DNA from: Myxococcota bacterium
GTDB taxonomy: Bacteria > Myxococcota > XYA12-FULL-58-9 > JABJBS01
Reading direction: 5' to 3'
Assembly: GCA_036339465.1 (NCBI GenBank)
Contig: JAYZAY010000097.1
Coordinates: 1-42,413, forward strand
DNA length: 42,413 nt
Position 1 is the first letter of the stretch, and every line of letters begins with the position of its first letter. This document shows, in pieces, positions 9,589 through 19,157 of this stretch. Both the position numbers and the translations under genes were made by a program. Under the pieces are notes generated by a model. The model did no database searches, had not been told where the DNA came from, and saw only the letters and a list, made by a program, of their open reading frames with translations.

Positions 9589-9757
9589 GGTGGGCTTATA
9601 ACATGAGTGATTCAGGCTACCAAGCCCTAGAGTGTCGCCTCCTTGGATTGGAGGTTTTTCCCCGGTTGGACGTGTACACTGCTTCGTGGTCCTCCGAATT
9701 CTCTTGACCCTCTGGTCAGAGGAACGTACCCACCCACTTCAGTGAGGAGAGTACCAA

Positions 9758-11101
9758 ATGACATTGCCAGCCAATCAGCTTGGCCTAGAGGCAGCGGAGA
9801 TCTCGGGTTCTGGATTGAAGAAGAGATCCATCGACTCTGTTCAAGTGGCGGGGGGAGAGGTCTCTGAGGCCTCGGTGAGGGTTTCAGAGTCGAGTTCTTC
9901 GGTGGCGCCTAACGCTGCGATGAAGTTCGGAGTCGAGTCCTCAAGTTTCTTGGATTCCAAGAGCTGCGAAGATTTCTCCTACCGAAAGCGTGCGCCCATC
10001 TGGGAATCGGTGACTTTGGAGCAATGGTCGGATTGGAAATGGCAGCTGAAACACAAAGTGACCACCATCGCCGAGGTTGTCGAGGTGTTTCCCGAATTGA
10101 AATTGAAAGGGGCTGAGCTCGAAGAAGCGGCTCGAATCTTTACCCTTGGGGCTACTCCCTACTATCTTGCTTTGGCCACGTCTTCTTCTCTGGCCGACCC
10201 TATTTTGCGTCAAGCGATTCCCTGCGAAGATGAATTGCATCTACGCGGCGATGAAGAAGCGGACCCTCTGGCAGAAGACCAATATATGCCCGTTCCTGGT
10301 TTGACTCATCGTTATCCTGACAGGGTGCTTTTGTATACGACCCATCATTGCGCGATGTATTGTCGTCATTGTAATCGCCGTCGTAAAGTGGGTGATCCGA
10401 GTTCGGCTCCATCTAAAGAGCAACTTTTGCGGTGTGTGGATTATGTTCGTGAACATCCAGAAGTGCGGGATATTTTGGTTTCTGGCGGGGACCCACTTAC
10501 GTTAGCAGACAGCCGTCTCGATTGGCTCCTGGGGCAATTACGGGCCATCCCGCATTTGGAGATTATTCGGATTGCTACGCGTATACCGGTTACGCTGCCG
10601 CAGAGAATTACCGAGGAGCTTGGGGCTCTCCTTAAAAAATACCACCCGATTTATGTGAGTACGCATTTCAACCATGTGGCCGAATGTACGCCAGAATCAG
10701 GTGAATCCCTGAGGCGACTGGCGGACTATGGGTGTGTTGTTAACAATCAGATGGTTTTATTGAGGGGCGTCAACGAAGATCCGTCTATGGTAAAAAAACT
10801 CAACCAGTGGCTTCTGAAAAACCGTTGCCGTCCTTACTATATTTTTCAATGCGACTCAGTGGAGGGCGTAGGGCATTTTAAGACGCCGATTGCCACAGGA
10901 ACGAGGTTGATTGATAATTTGCGCGGCTGGACCAGTGGTTTGGCGGTTCCTCATTATGTGGTGGATCTCCCAAAAGGAGGAGGCAAAGTTTCTGTACAGC
11001 CGGACTATTGTCTAGAATCGGAAGGTGGGCGGTACCGGTTTCGAAATTATAACGGAGAAGTCTATGAGTATGTTGATGGGGTGTCCCATGAGAACCCGTG
11101 A
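9758..11101 (+). CDS. KamA-family radical SAM aminomutase (lysine 2,3-aminomutase/EpmB-like)
   Basis: LTHRYPDRVL, CAMYCRHC, SGGDPL, RIPVTLPQRIT, GLAVP, PLP lysine in GGGK. True start may be downstream. Confidence 0.93.
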   Translation: MTLPANQLGLEAAEISGSGLKKRSIDSVQVAGGEVSEASVRVSESSSSVAPNAAMKFGVESSSFLDSKSCEDFSYRKRAPIWESVTLEQWSDWKWQLKHKVTTIAEVVEVFPELKLKGAELEEAARIFTLGATPYYLALATSSSLADPILRQAIPCEDELHLRGDEEADPLAEDQYMPVPGLTHRYPDRVLLYTTHHCAMYCRHCNRRRKVGDPSSAPSKEQLLRCVDYVREHPEVRDILVSGGDPLTLADSRLDWLLGQLRAIPHLEIIRIATRIPVTLPQRITEELGALLKKYHPIYVSTHFNHVAECTPESGESLRRLADYGCVVNNQMVLLRGVNEDPSMVKKLNQWLLKNRCRPYYIFQCDSVEGVGHFKTPIATGTRLIDNLRGWTSGLAVPHYVVDLPKGGGKVSVQPDYCLESEGGRYRFRNYNGEVYEYVDGVSHENP

Positions 11102-11130
11102 TTTCTTGGCCCTCTAATATGACTCCTGAG

Positions 11131-11170
11131 TACGACTAAATAGTACTAAGTAATACTAAATAATACTAAA
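11131..11170. repeat. Four tandem 10-bp AT-rich repeats (consensus TAATACTAAA)
   Basis: tacgactaaa tagtactaag taatactaaa taatactaaa, in a convergent intergenic region. Confidence 0.85.
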
Positions 11171-11296
11171 TACCCGGCGTGGTCAGAGTACAACACAGAC
11201 CTAGGCTTGGCCGGTTATACGAAGTTGTGGCTTTTGGGGGTCTCAGGGTCTTTTGCGTAGAGCATTGTGCGTTTGGGCTGATTGAGATGAAGGTTT

Positions 11297-12388
11297 TTAT
11301 GAACGAAATTGCGAAATCCACGCTTGCAGTTCTTGTGCCTTTTCCGGGTGAAACCCTTCCCGGGCATCGATGATTTGGTTGAGCGAAGTTTTATAGCCAT
11401 AGCGAGTTGGATCGGTACTTACAAAAATACCACAGGTTGGTGTTCCCAGTGCCACTGAAAGGTGCATGGGGCCAGTGTCACAACTGACGGTAGCTGTTGC
11501 GGCGGCCATGAGGGCACTTAGGGTTTGTAAATTGGTGTCTGGGGCGACAATGACACGGTCACAGTTTTTTGAAATGGAGTCGGCTATGGCTTTTTCCGTA
11601 GGGCCCCAGGTACAGAGAATCGGCACGCCTTGCCCACCCATAATATAGGCCAGCGCGACATATTGTTGTGGGGAAAGTTGTTTTTCCTTTAGTCGAGCCC
11701 CTAAATTCAGGATAAAGAATGGGTGGTGATGGAGATTGTGAAGCTTAAGTATGGCATCGGCTTTAGGGCATTGTGGGGCGGTGAGAGAGGGGGTCGTGAC
11801 CTGGGTATGGGGAGGGAATTGCCTTAGTAATTCCAGTCGCATTTCAATTTCGTGGGAAGTGTCTTGTTGTGCTTTAGGGATCCCACAGGCGTGGTCAAAC
11901 ATTTCGGAGAATTGGAGTTCTGTGATCGCACCACAGTATTGTGCCCCGGCTAAACGGGTCATTAAGTGGTGGGTGAGAGAAGGGACGGTTGGATTTCCAG
12001 CATCCAACGCAATTTGGTATTTTTCTCTGCGCAATTGTGTCATGGTTTTAACCACGCCGTGGTTGCCGAAAATCTTTCTTTTGGTAAATGGAATAATTTG
12101 GACACCCGATTTATGATTTTTCAAAATCTCCTGGCTGCGCCTATTTCCCAACAAGTGAATGGCTCCGTGTGGGTAAATATTACGTAGGGTTTCTAATAAT
12201 GGGGTCATCATTACGAGATTGCCGACCCGCTCATCGATTCTCACAACAAGAATTTTTGGACTTGGAAGATTTTTCGGAAGGGCAAGCTTGGGGTGGCGGC
12301 GAAACAATCGAACGATGACTCCAAGCAAGAACCTACGCCCCGTGAATTCAATCCATTCTCGGAAATCTTTCAGATTTCGACCTGCCAT
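11297..12388 (-). CDS. Glycosyltransferase family 9 (LPS heptosyltransferase-like)
   Basis: KILVVRIDERVGNLVMMTP N-terminal motif; SCDTGPMHLSVALGTP. Confidence 0.92.
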   Translation of the reverse strand: MAGRNLKDFREWIEFTGRRFLLGVIVRLFRRHPKLALPKNLPSPKILVVRIDERVGNLVMMTPLLETLRNIYPHGAIHLLGNRRSQEILKNHKSGVQIIPFTKRKIFGNHGVVKTMTQLRREKYQIALDAGNPTVPSLTHHLMTRLAGAQYCGAITELQFSEMFDHACGIPKAQQDTSHEIEMRLELLRQFPPHTQVTTPSLTAPQCPKADAILKLHNLHHHPFFILNLGARLKEKQLSPQQYVALAYIMGGQGVPILCTWGPTEKAIADSISKNCDRVIVAPDTNLQTLSALMAAATATVSCDTGPMHLSVALGTPTCGIFVSTDPTRYGYKTSLNQIIDAREGFHPEKAQELQAWISQFRS

Positions 12389-12397
12389 AGAGAGCGT

Positions 12398-12970
12398 TTA
12401 AACCTGGGCTTGCAGAAAGCCTTTAATGTATTGATAAGCAGAGGTTAAGGAGTAGGCCAGGCTGATATAAGTGAGAAGGAGACCGATTTCATAGCAATCA
12501 ATGACGCCTTCAAATACGATGAAATCGACGTAGTATTTGTAATGCATGATGAGTGCACAGGTTCCCAAGGTGCTAAAGACGGTTTTGAGTTTTCCGCCTT
12601 CTCCAGCGGCGATGATAATTCCATCGGAAGCGGCGATAGCTCGTGTGCCCGTGATGACAATCTCTCGGGTGGCAATGACCATGACAATCCAAGCAGGAAC
12701 CCATGTTCCCGGTAGTTGCAAGAGGGCGATGAGGGTTATTAGGGCGAAGAGTTTATCGGCGAGGGGGTCCAAAAATTTTCCGATGACGGTGACACTGTTG
12801 GTTCGTCGGGCGATGGCGCCGTCTACGATATCCAAAATTCCCGCTAAGCCATAGAGCAGGCTTGCCCAATAGCAGAGTTCGCGGGTTTCTACACCGGGCC
12901 ACAGCATCCAAAGGATAATGGGGAGAAGTCCTAGGCGACCGACGGTAATAATGTTTGGCAAATTCCACAT
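12398..12970 (-). CDS. pgsA: CDP-diacylglycerol--glycerol-3-phosphate 3-phosphatidyltransferase
   Basis: MWNLPNIIT start; DIVDGAIARR...GKFLDPLADK signature; RE and GKLKT motifs. Confidence 0.93.
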   Translation of the reverse strand: MWNLPNIITVGRLGLLPIILWMLWPGVETRELCYWASLLYGLAGILDIVDGAIARRTNSVTVIGKFLDPLADKLFALITLIALLQLPGTWVPAWIVMVIATREIVITGTRAIAASDGIIIAAGEGGKLKTVFSTLGTCALIMHYKYYVDFIVFEGVIDCYEIGLLLTYISLAYSLTSAYQYIKGFLQAQV

Positions 12971-13115
12971 GATGGCATCCATGTCATATATTTTGTTCCC
13001 TCTCAATGGTCTGGGGCGATACAATAATATCATGTTTCGTGGAAATCGTGGAAATCGTGGTTGAGGGGCGATTTACTCAGGCGGAACTGTCGCTTTTCTT
13101 ATTTGGTGGACGGAT

Positions 13116-14741
13116 TTAATCGGCGCAAACACCCGAATTGTTTCGACTAGATAGGCCAAAGGACCATTGCAGAGCGTATTCTGCACTGACATCGACCCAA
13201 TCATCGTGATCCATATTTTTTCCACCCAGGCCATTTGAAGAATAATCCACCATCGAGGGTTGATAAAAATAGTTCATGGCACTGTCGTAGGCAAACCATG
13301 TTGTGCGATCGATTCGATGGTGGGCTTTTGTATTAAGGCCGAGGGTATGTCCCAATTCGTGAATGAGTGTGCCGGCTTGGGCAAGCACTCTGCCTTCAAT
13401 CCACCAGGTTGAATCATCGATAGCGAAAAAATCTCCAATCGCTACGCCGGAAGCATCGTTCCATAGCACTCTGGTCATCAGGGCGTATCGAAAGGCGTTG
13501 TAGCTTTGATAATCGAAGTACTGTCGATAAAAGTCGTGTGCCTCTTGTCGCACGAGGCAATCTCGCGACGGGATAGTGCCCTGTCTTTCAAGATGGAGAT
13601 GGTAACCATGTCGGTGAAGTTGGGTGGTAACCAAGCGCTTTGCTTGGGTCGATAGGGCATGACCAGACATGTGGTCTAGTTCCACGAGGATTTCAGGGCG
13701 CGTAGGATCGGTGATCCCACCAAAGTCGCGCCCTACAATGGCTTCGTTTTTTTCCGATATTCCATCTTTGTCGGTATCTGCGGAAGCCAGGGTTGGGTTT
13801 GGATCTGAAAAGTAGTCGACTTTGAGGCGAAAGAACAGTTCATAGTCCCAGTCACTTTTTCGAATGCGCCTAGAAAATACTTCCCCTGGCGAGACGGTGT
13901 TCAAGTCGATGTCGAATGCAAATAGTTTGTCATCCACGAGCCAATTGTTGGTGGCTTGTGGGTCATCTTCCCAACCTTCAAGGTGGATGAGTGCAAGTGT
14001 GCTATGGGGTAGGGAGCCGACGACTCTTTGGGCAATGGTGGTGGTGTATACGCGTTCGTCTCCATCATCAAAACTGTTCCAATCGTTGAGATTGGCATTG
14101 GGATAGCGAATGTCATCGGCGATGAGATAGAATTCGTCTTTGCCCCAATCCTCTTGTTCATCATGGGAAATAATTTTTGTAAGAATGATTGAGAGGCGTT
14201 TATTACATGGCCCATCAAACCAACCATCCGCGTCGGTATCGGGGTTGTTGGGATCTGTGCCGGCTCTTATTTCGGCACTGTCTGTCAGGCAGTCTTGATC
14301 AGAGTCTCGGGTGTTTTCCAGAGATTTTCTCTGTCTATGGGACCGGATATTGCGTCGTGCGGGTGAGGGTATGGGCAGAGGGCGAATCTCTGCATCATTT
14401 ACAGAATGCGGCGTGTCTTTATCGGAACGGGTTTCGTCGGAATCGTGGGGCTTATCGTCAGATTTAAGGTCTTGGATGGAGTTGGACCATTTTAGGTCTT
14501 CTTTGGTGAGGCTATTTCTCGGGGAGCAGGGAACTTCTTTTGGTGGTGGCTTTCGGGCCAGTGAAACTGCGGCCTTTGTGGGTTGATTTGAGGATGGTAA
14601 TGTCGGCTTTTGGTGGATTGTTTGAGAGGGAGCGACGTTGGTTTTCGCGACTCGGGGTTTGGCTTGATTTTGAGGAAGGCTGCCACAGCGACTGAAGATT
14701 AAGCATAGGGAAAGCAAGGATATGAGGGAGCGTATTGACAT
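13116..14741 (-). CDS. Secreted (lipo)protein zinc metallopeptidase with TSP3-like Ca-binding repeats
   Basis: GGAGG before ATG 14741; signal peptide with Cys (FSRC); DSDQDCLTD/TDPNNPDTDADG/DTDKDGIS repeats; HELGHTLGL and SAMNY Met-turn. Confidence 0.8.
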   Translation of the reverse strand: MSIRSLISLLSLCLIFSRCGSLPQNQAKPRVAKTNVAPSQTIHQKPTLPSSNQPTKAAVSLARKPPPKEVPCSPRNSLTKEDLKWSNSIQDLKSDDKPHDSDETRSDKDTPHSVNDAEIRPLPIPSPARRNIRSHRQRKSLENTRDSDQDCLTDSAEIRAGTDPNNPDTDADGWFDGPCNKRLSIILTKIISHDEQEDWGKDEFYLIADDIRYPNANLNDWNSFDDGDERVYTTTIAQRVVGSLPHSTLALIHLEGWEDDPQATNNWLVDDKLFAFDIDLNTVSPGEVFSRRIRKSDWDYELFFRLKVDYFSDPNPTLASADTDKDGISEKNEAIVGRDFGGITDPTRPEILVELDHMSGHALSTQAKRLVTTQLHRHGYHLHLERQGTIPSRDCLVRQEAHDFYRQYFDYQSYNAFRYALMTRVLWNDASGVAIGDFFAIDDSTWWIEGRVLAQAGTLIHELGHTLGLNTKAHHRIDRTTWFAYDSAMNYFYQPSMVDYSSNGLGGKNMDHDDWVDVSAEYALQWSFGLSSRNNSGVCAD

Positions 14742-14849
14742 ATTTCCTCCAGCTTTTGATAGAGCCGCTGAGTTGAAACGCTTCATGCCCTTTTTGGGTT
14801 CGCTCTTTCATTTTCGCTTGTGGCTGGGCTCACGGATGCGTGATTCATT

Positions 14850-15395
14850 TTATCGAGGAAGGCTTTTGTCCCAGGCTTCCAGGTAGTAACGGTAAATCTT
14901 TAAGACTTTCTCCACGTATTGTTGTGTTTCAGTGTAAGGGGGGACCCCTCCATATTTCTTAACAGCACCAGGCCCTGCATTGTAGCTCGCAATGGTTGGT
15001 ACCAAATTGCCATTGAATTGGTTGGCCAAGGTTCTTATGTATCTTGTTCCACCATAAATACTTTGTCGTGGCGAAAATGGATTGTTGATATGCATGGCTT
15101 TGGCTGTGGCAGGCATGAGTTGCATGAGTCCGATGGCTCCAGCGGGTGAAATGGCCTTGGGGTTGAAACTGGACTCGGCTGCGATGAGAGCCTTAATTAA
15201 AGCGGGTGGGAGACGATAGTATTTGGCGGCTTCCCGAATGATTTTGTCAAATTTGGCGTTGTGGAGTTGGTAGAGTTGAGTCCATTGTTTAACGGCTTGA
15301 TAGCTTTGGCTTTTTGTGCCCGCTTCTATGGGAGCGGGTTTCAAAAAGAGAGTACAGAGCAGGAGAATACCCATGGGTTTGAGAAAGGATTTCAT
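14850..15395 (-). CDS. Lytic transglycosylase (SLT domain)
   Basis: AESSFNPKAISPAGAIGLMQLMP, SYNAGPGAV, PPYTETQQYV; ATGA overlap with nadB stop. Confidence 0.93.
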   Translation of the reverse strand: MKSFLKPMGILLLCTLFLKPAPIEAGTKSQSYQAVKQWTQLYQLHNAKFDKIIREAAKYYRLPPALIKALIAAESSFNPKAISPAGAIGLMQLMPATAKAMHINNPFSPRQSIYGGTRYIRTLANQFNGNLVPTIASYNAGPGAVKKYGGVPPYTETQQYVEKVLKIYRYYLEAWDKSLPR

Positions 15396-17011
15396 GGTGA
15401 TGGGATTGGAGAAGTTGTCCATTTCATTTGTCTGCGGTCAGCCTTTTCTCCAATTGTATCATACGGAGCGGATTCGTCTAACTTAGGGGTATCCAGATTG
15501 TAGTGTAGTCCTCGGCTTTCGCGGCGTTTCTGAGCGCTACCTACGATCAGCTGAGCGACCAAGGCGAGATTTCTCAGTTCAACGAGATCGGAGGTGAGTT
15601 TAAACTTCCAGTAATATTCATGGATCTCTTCTTGGAGTAATTCCACGCGCTTGGCGGCCCGTTCTAGCCTTTTATCGGTGCGCACGATGCCTACGTAGTT
15701 CCACATGCGCCTTCTTAACTCGTCCCAATTATGGGAAACAACGACCTGCTCATCGGGATCAATGGCTCTGCCTGGATCCCATTCTCGAATGGATTCAGGG
15801 TGGGTGATAGTTTTGGTTGATTCAGCCATATCTTCTGCTGCCCATTCAGAGACAACAGAGGCTTCTAACAAGGAATTGGATGCGAGTCGGTTTGCTCCGT
15901 GTAGACCCGTGCAGGCGGCCTCTCCTGCAGCCCATAATCCGGGTACGGTGGTGGCGCCTTTCACAGAAGTATAGATGCCCCCACACATATAGTGAGCTGC
16001 AGGGACGACAGGGATGGGCGTTTTGGTCATGTCGATTCCGACGGCTAAGCAGGCAGAATGGATATTTGGGAAACGGCTGGCGATGTATGCGGGGTTATGG
16101 TGTGTCATATCAAGGCAGACATGATCATCTCCGGTTCGTTTTAATTCCCTATCGATGGCTCGGGCCACAATGTCTCTGGGGGCTAAGTCTGCCATGGGAT
16201 GGATATCCTGCATGAAAGGTGTTCCATCTTGTCGTCTTAGGATCCCACCTTCTCCCCGAAGTGCTTCGCTTATCAAAAATGACTTTGCCTGGGGATGATA
16301 GAGGCATGTGGGGTGGAATTGGAAGAACTCCATATTGCGTATCTTTACGCCGACTCGGCAGGCCATGGCCACGCCGTCTCCCGTGCTGATATCGGGATTG
16401 GAGGTATAGAGATACGCTTTTCCCGTGCCACCGGTGGCGATGAGTGTGGCTTTCGCAAGGATTGTAAGCACTTTGCCGCTGCGGATGTTCAAGACGTAGG
16501 CACCTAGAACTCGGGTGGTTTCACCGTTATTGTTTCCTTTGAAAAGGTCGACCGCGATATGTTGAGGCAGGATCTTTATCTTATCGTTTTCCATGGCCTT
16601 TTTTCGTAGTGCGCGATCGATTTCACGCCCAGTAATATCCTGTGCATGCAGAATCCTGCGGCTACTGTGGCCGCCTTCTTGGGTTAGATCATAGGTGCCA
16701 TTATGGCCATCGAAACGCACGCCATGGCTCATGAGTCTCTGGGCTGCACTGGGACCTGCTTCGATAATTTTCTCGACTGTGCTTCGGTGCCCGAGGAATG
16801 CGCCGGCCTTTAGGGTGTCGTTCACATGGGCTTCGATACTGTCGTTTTCGCTCATGACGCTGGCCAAGCCGCCTTGTGCATATGTGGTGGTACTTTCGCC
16901 AGGCTCACGTTTGCATATCACCAAGACCCGTCCATAGGACGCCAGTTTTAGGGCTGCGTTGAGCCCCGCCAATCCACTTCCAATCACGAGATAATCTGTT
17001 TGTAGTGCCAT
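15392..17011 (-). CDS. nadB: L-aspartate oxidase
   Basis: GSGLAGL, YAQGG, EGGHS, QFHPT, LISEALRGEG, LAPRDIVAR, GLHGANRLASNSLLE, ESRGLH. Confidence 0.97.
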   Translation of the reverse strand: MALQTDYLVIGSGLAGLNAALKLASYGRVLVICKREPGESTTTYAQGGLASVMSENDSIEAHVNDTLKAGAFLGHRSTVEKIIEAGPSAAQRLMSHGVRFDGHNGTYDLTQEGGHSSRRILHAQDITGREIDRALRKKAMENDKIKILPQHIAVDLFKGNNNGETTRVLGAYVLNIRSGKVLTILAKATLIATGGTGKAYLYTSNPDISTGDGVAMACRVGVKIRNMEFFQFHPTCLYHPQAKSFLISEALRGEGGILRRQDGTPFMQDIHPMADLAPRDIVARAIDRELKRTGDDHVCLDMTHHNPAYIASRFPNIHSACLAVGIDMTKTPIPVVPAAHYMCGGIYTSVKGATTVPGLWAAGEAACTGLHGANRLASNSLLEASVVSEWAAEDMAESTKTITHPESIREWDPGRAIDPDEQVVVSHNWDELRRRMWNYVGIVRTDKRLERAAKRVELLQEEIHEYYWKFKLTSDLVELRNLALVAQLIVGSAQKRRESRGLHYNLDTPKLDESAPYDTIGEKADRRQMKWTTSPIPSP

Positions 17012-17175
17012 GGCGTTTCCGTTGAGTTCTGCGTGATGAAGTGGCGCTTATTGCAGCCTGATTTAGTCTTTTCCAAGGGGTGTATTCAAAAAGAAGTACG
17101 GGATAAGCGACTAAAATATCCATGGTGCTCTATAGAACTTGACCTTGGAGCCGTCAATCGACATGTTGGGATCGC

Positions 17176-18105
17176 ATGGAACTTGGCCTGTCTGATTTAG
17201 CTTCTTTGGGTTTACTCGTTTTATCTATCGTGATGTTGACTCGCGGTGCAGACAGTTTTGTCGAAAGTGCTGCACGTATCGCGCGGCGCCTCAATATTTC
17301 CGAACTCGTTATTGGCTTGACGTTGGTGAGTTTTGGGACTTCAGCGCCGGAGTTAGCGGTTTCGGTTGGTGCGGCTTTGACCGGTCGTGACGCCATCTCT
17401 GTTTCGAATATCGTAGGGTCAAATATTTTTAATTTGGGGATTATCCTGGGCTTATGTGGTTGTTTGGTGGTGGTTCAAGCTAGCAAGAAGCTTGTTTGGC
17501 GGGACATGACTTTCTTGATTGGCGTGTCCTGCGGCTTATTTGCGGCACTGTCGGATGGTGTTTTGGAGCGGTGGGAGGGCGTGGTGATGCTTTCTCTCTT
17601 GGTGGGGTATCTCACCTTTTTAGTGAAGTCCAAAGAAGAGTTCCACGTCGATAATGGTACCAAGCCGGCGACCTGGCGCGATGGCCCGAAGCTGTTTGCG
17701 GGTTTGGCTTTGATTTTAGTGGGGGCCCACTTTTTGGTGGAGAGCGCATCAGTTTTGGCCCGGAGCTTCGGTGTATCGGAATGGGTGATTGGGCTGACGA
17801 TTGTGGCGGCAGGAACCTCTGCGCCTGAATTGGTAACGGCTCTGTCGGCCATAAGAAAGGGGCGACATGGTATTTCTGCGGGGGCTTTGGTTGGCAGCGA
17901 TATCTACAATGTTTTGGGCGTATTGGGAACTGCGGCGGTGATCACACCATTGAATATTGAGGCGAGCGCATTGCCCAGTGTGGGCTTGATGCTGGGTGCC
18001 ACGGTCCTGGTGTGGATTTTTTTCCGTACGGGTTGGAGTATAGGGAGACGGGAGGGTATCATTTTGGTACTTGTCGGTCTTTTTCGTTGGTATTACTATA
18101 TATAG
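17176..18105 (+). CDS. Calcium/sodium antiporter (YrbG/CaCA family)
   Basis: Two alpha-repeats GTSAPEL with GSNIFN / GSDIYN; about 10 TM helices. Confidence 0.93.
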   Translation: MELGLSDLASLGLLVLSIVMLTRGADSFVESAARIARRLNISELVIGLTLVSFGTSAPELAVSVGAALTGRDAISVSNIVGSNIFNLGIILGLCGCLVVVQASKKLVWRDMTFLIGVSCGLFAALSDGVLERWEGVVMLSLLVGYLTFLVKSKEEFHVDNGTKPATWRDGPKLFAGLALILVGAHFLVESASVLARSFGVSEWVIGLTIVAAGTSAPELVTALSAIRKGRHGISAGALVGSDIYNVLGVLGTAAVITPLNIEASALPSVGLMLGATVLVWIFFRTGWSIGRREGIILVLVGLFRWYYYI

Positions 18106-18133
18106 TATTCGGGTGTCCGGGGGGCGGCGGGAC

Positions 18134-19150
18134 ATGCAGGTCTGGAAAAACTTGGAAGCGACCGGCGGTGGCCGAACTTTGGTGATCACCGAGCCCTGCA
18201 TAGGTTTGCGGGCGATTCTGGTGATCGACGATACCACCCTGGGGCCTGCCGCTGGTGGTATTCGAACCCACGCGTATCATTCCTTTGAAGAAGCCCTTGG
18301 GGATGCTCAAAGTTTAGCGCGAGCAATGACTTATAAGTGTGCTTTGGCTGGGTTGAAGGCCGGTGGTGGAAAGATGGTGGTGTTGGAGCCGGAGCCAGGG
18401 CACCGGGCTCAGGTGTTTCGGCGGATTGGGGAGGTGATTGAAGAGCTCGGTGGTCTCTTTCGAACCGCGGGCGATGTAGGTACCACTGTCGCTGACCTAG
18501 AGGAAGTCGCCAAAACGACTCAATTTGTTCACTCAAATAGCGAAGAAATGGAAGACGCAGTCGCCGCAGGTGTCATGCGATGTATGAACGCGTGCATCGA
18601 TCATCATGGTGGCTCCGGCCTGGCGGGTTTGAGGGTGGCGGTCCAGGGTTGTGGTAAGGTGGGCGGAGCCGTGATTAATAAATTGGCTTGTGCGGGCGCG
18701 GAGTTATGGATCGCGGACAATGATTTATCGTTGGTGCGGGGATTGGCTGACCGGTACCAGTGTAACCTTTCGACCCCGGGCAACATCTTATTTGAGGATG
18801 TCGATATATTGGCTCCCTGTGCCACAGGGGGAGTGCTTAATCATCATGTTGTCAATGATGTTCGGGCGTGGGCGGTGTGTGGCGCTGCGAACAACGCTTT
18901 GGTGGATACTGAGGTTGCGTCACTCCTCCAACTTCGTCGTATTCAATGGGTGCCAGATCTTCTTGCTTCAGCGGGGTCGGTTATTTATGGGATAGGCCGG
19001 TCGGTGATGGGGTTGGATGATACCGATTCTTTGCTTGAGGACCTTGGATTGCGGGTTACTGATATATTGGAGCGTTCGGAAAAAACAGGTGTTTCCACCG
19101 AGCTTGTGGCGACCGCCATGGCGCGGGAAATCCTGAGGCAGATGGACTGA
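18134..19150 (+). CDS. Leu/Phe/Val amino-acid dehydrogenase
   Basis: LGPAAGGIR, MTYK, GGGK, VAVQGCGKVG Rossmann motif, PCATGG, GAANN. Start placed at ATG 18134. Confidence 0.9.
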   Translation: MQVWKNLEATGGGRTLVITEPCIGLRAILVIDDTTLGPAAGGIRTHAYHSFEEALGDAQSLARAMTYKCALAGLKAGGGKMVVLEPEPGHRAQVFRRIGEVIEELGGLFRTAGDVGTTVADLEEVAKTTQFVHSNSEEMEDAVAAGVMRCMNACIDHHGGSGLAGLRVAVQGCGKVGGAVINKLACAGAELWIADNDLSLVRGLADRYQCNLSTPGNILFEDVDILAPCATGGVLNHHVVNDVRAWAVCGAANNALVDTEVASLLQLRRIQWVPDLLASAGSVIYGIGRSVMGLDDTDSLLEDLGLRVTDILERSEKTGVSTELVATAMAREILRQMD

Positions 19151-19157
19151 GGGACCC

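Noticed and set aside
13037..13060. TCGTGGAAA x2.7 tandem repeat upstream of pgsA
   Set aside because: Short, probably a slippage duplication; no spacers, so not CRISPR-like.
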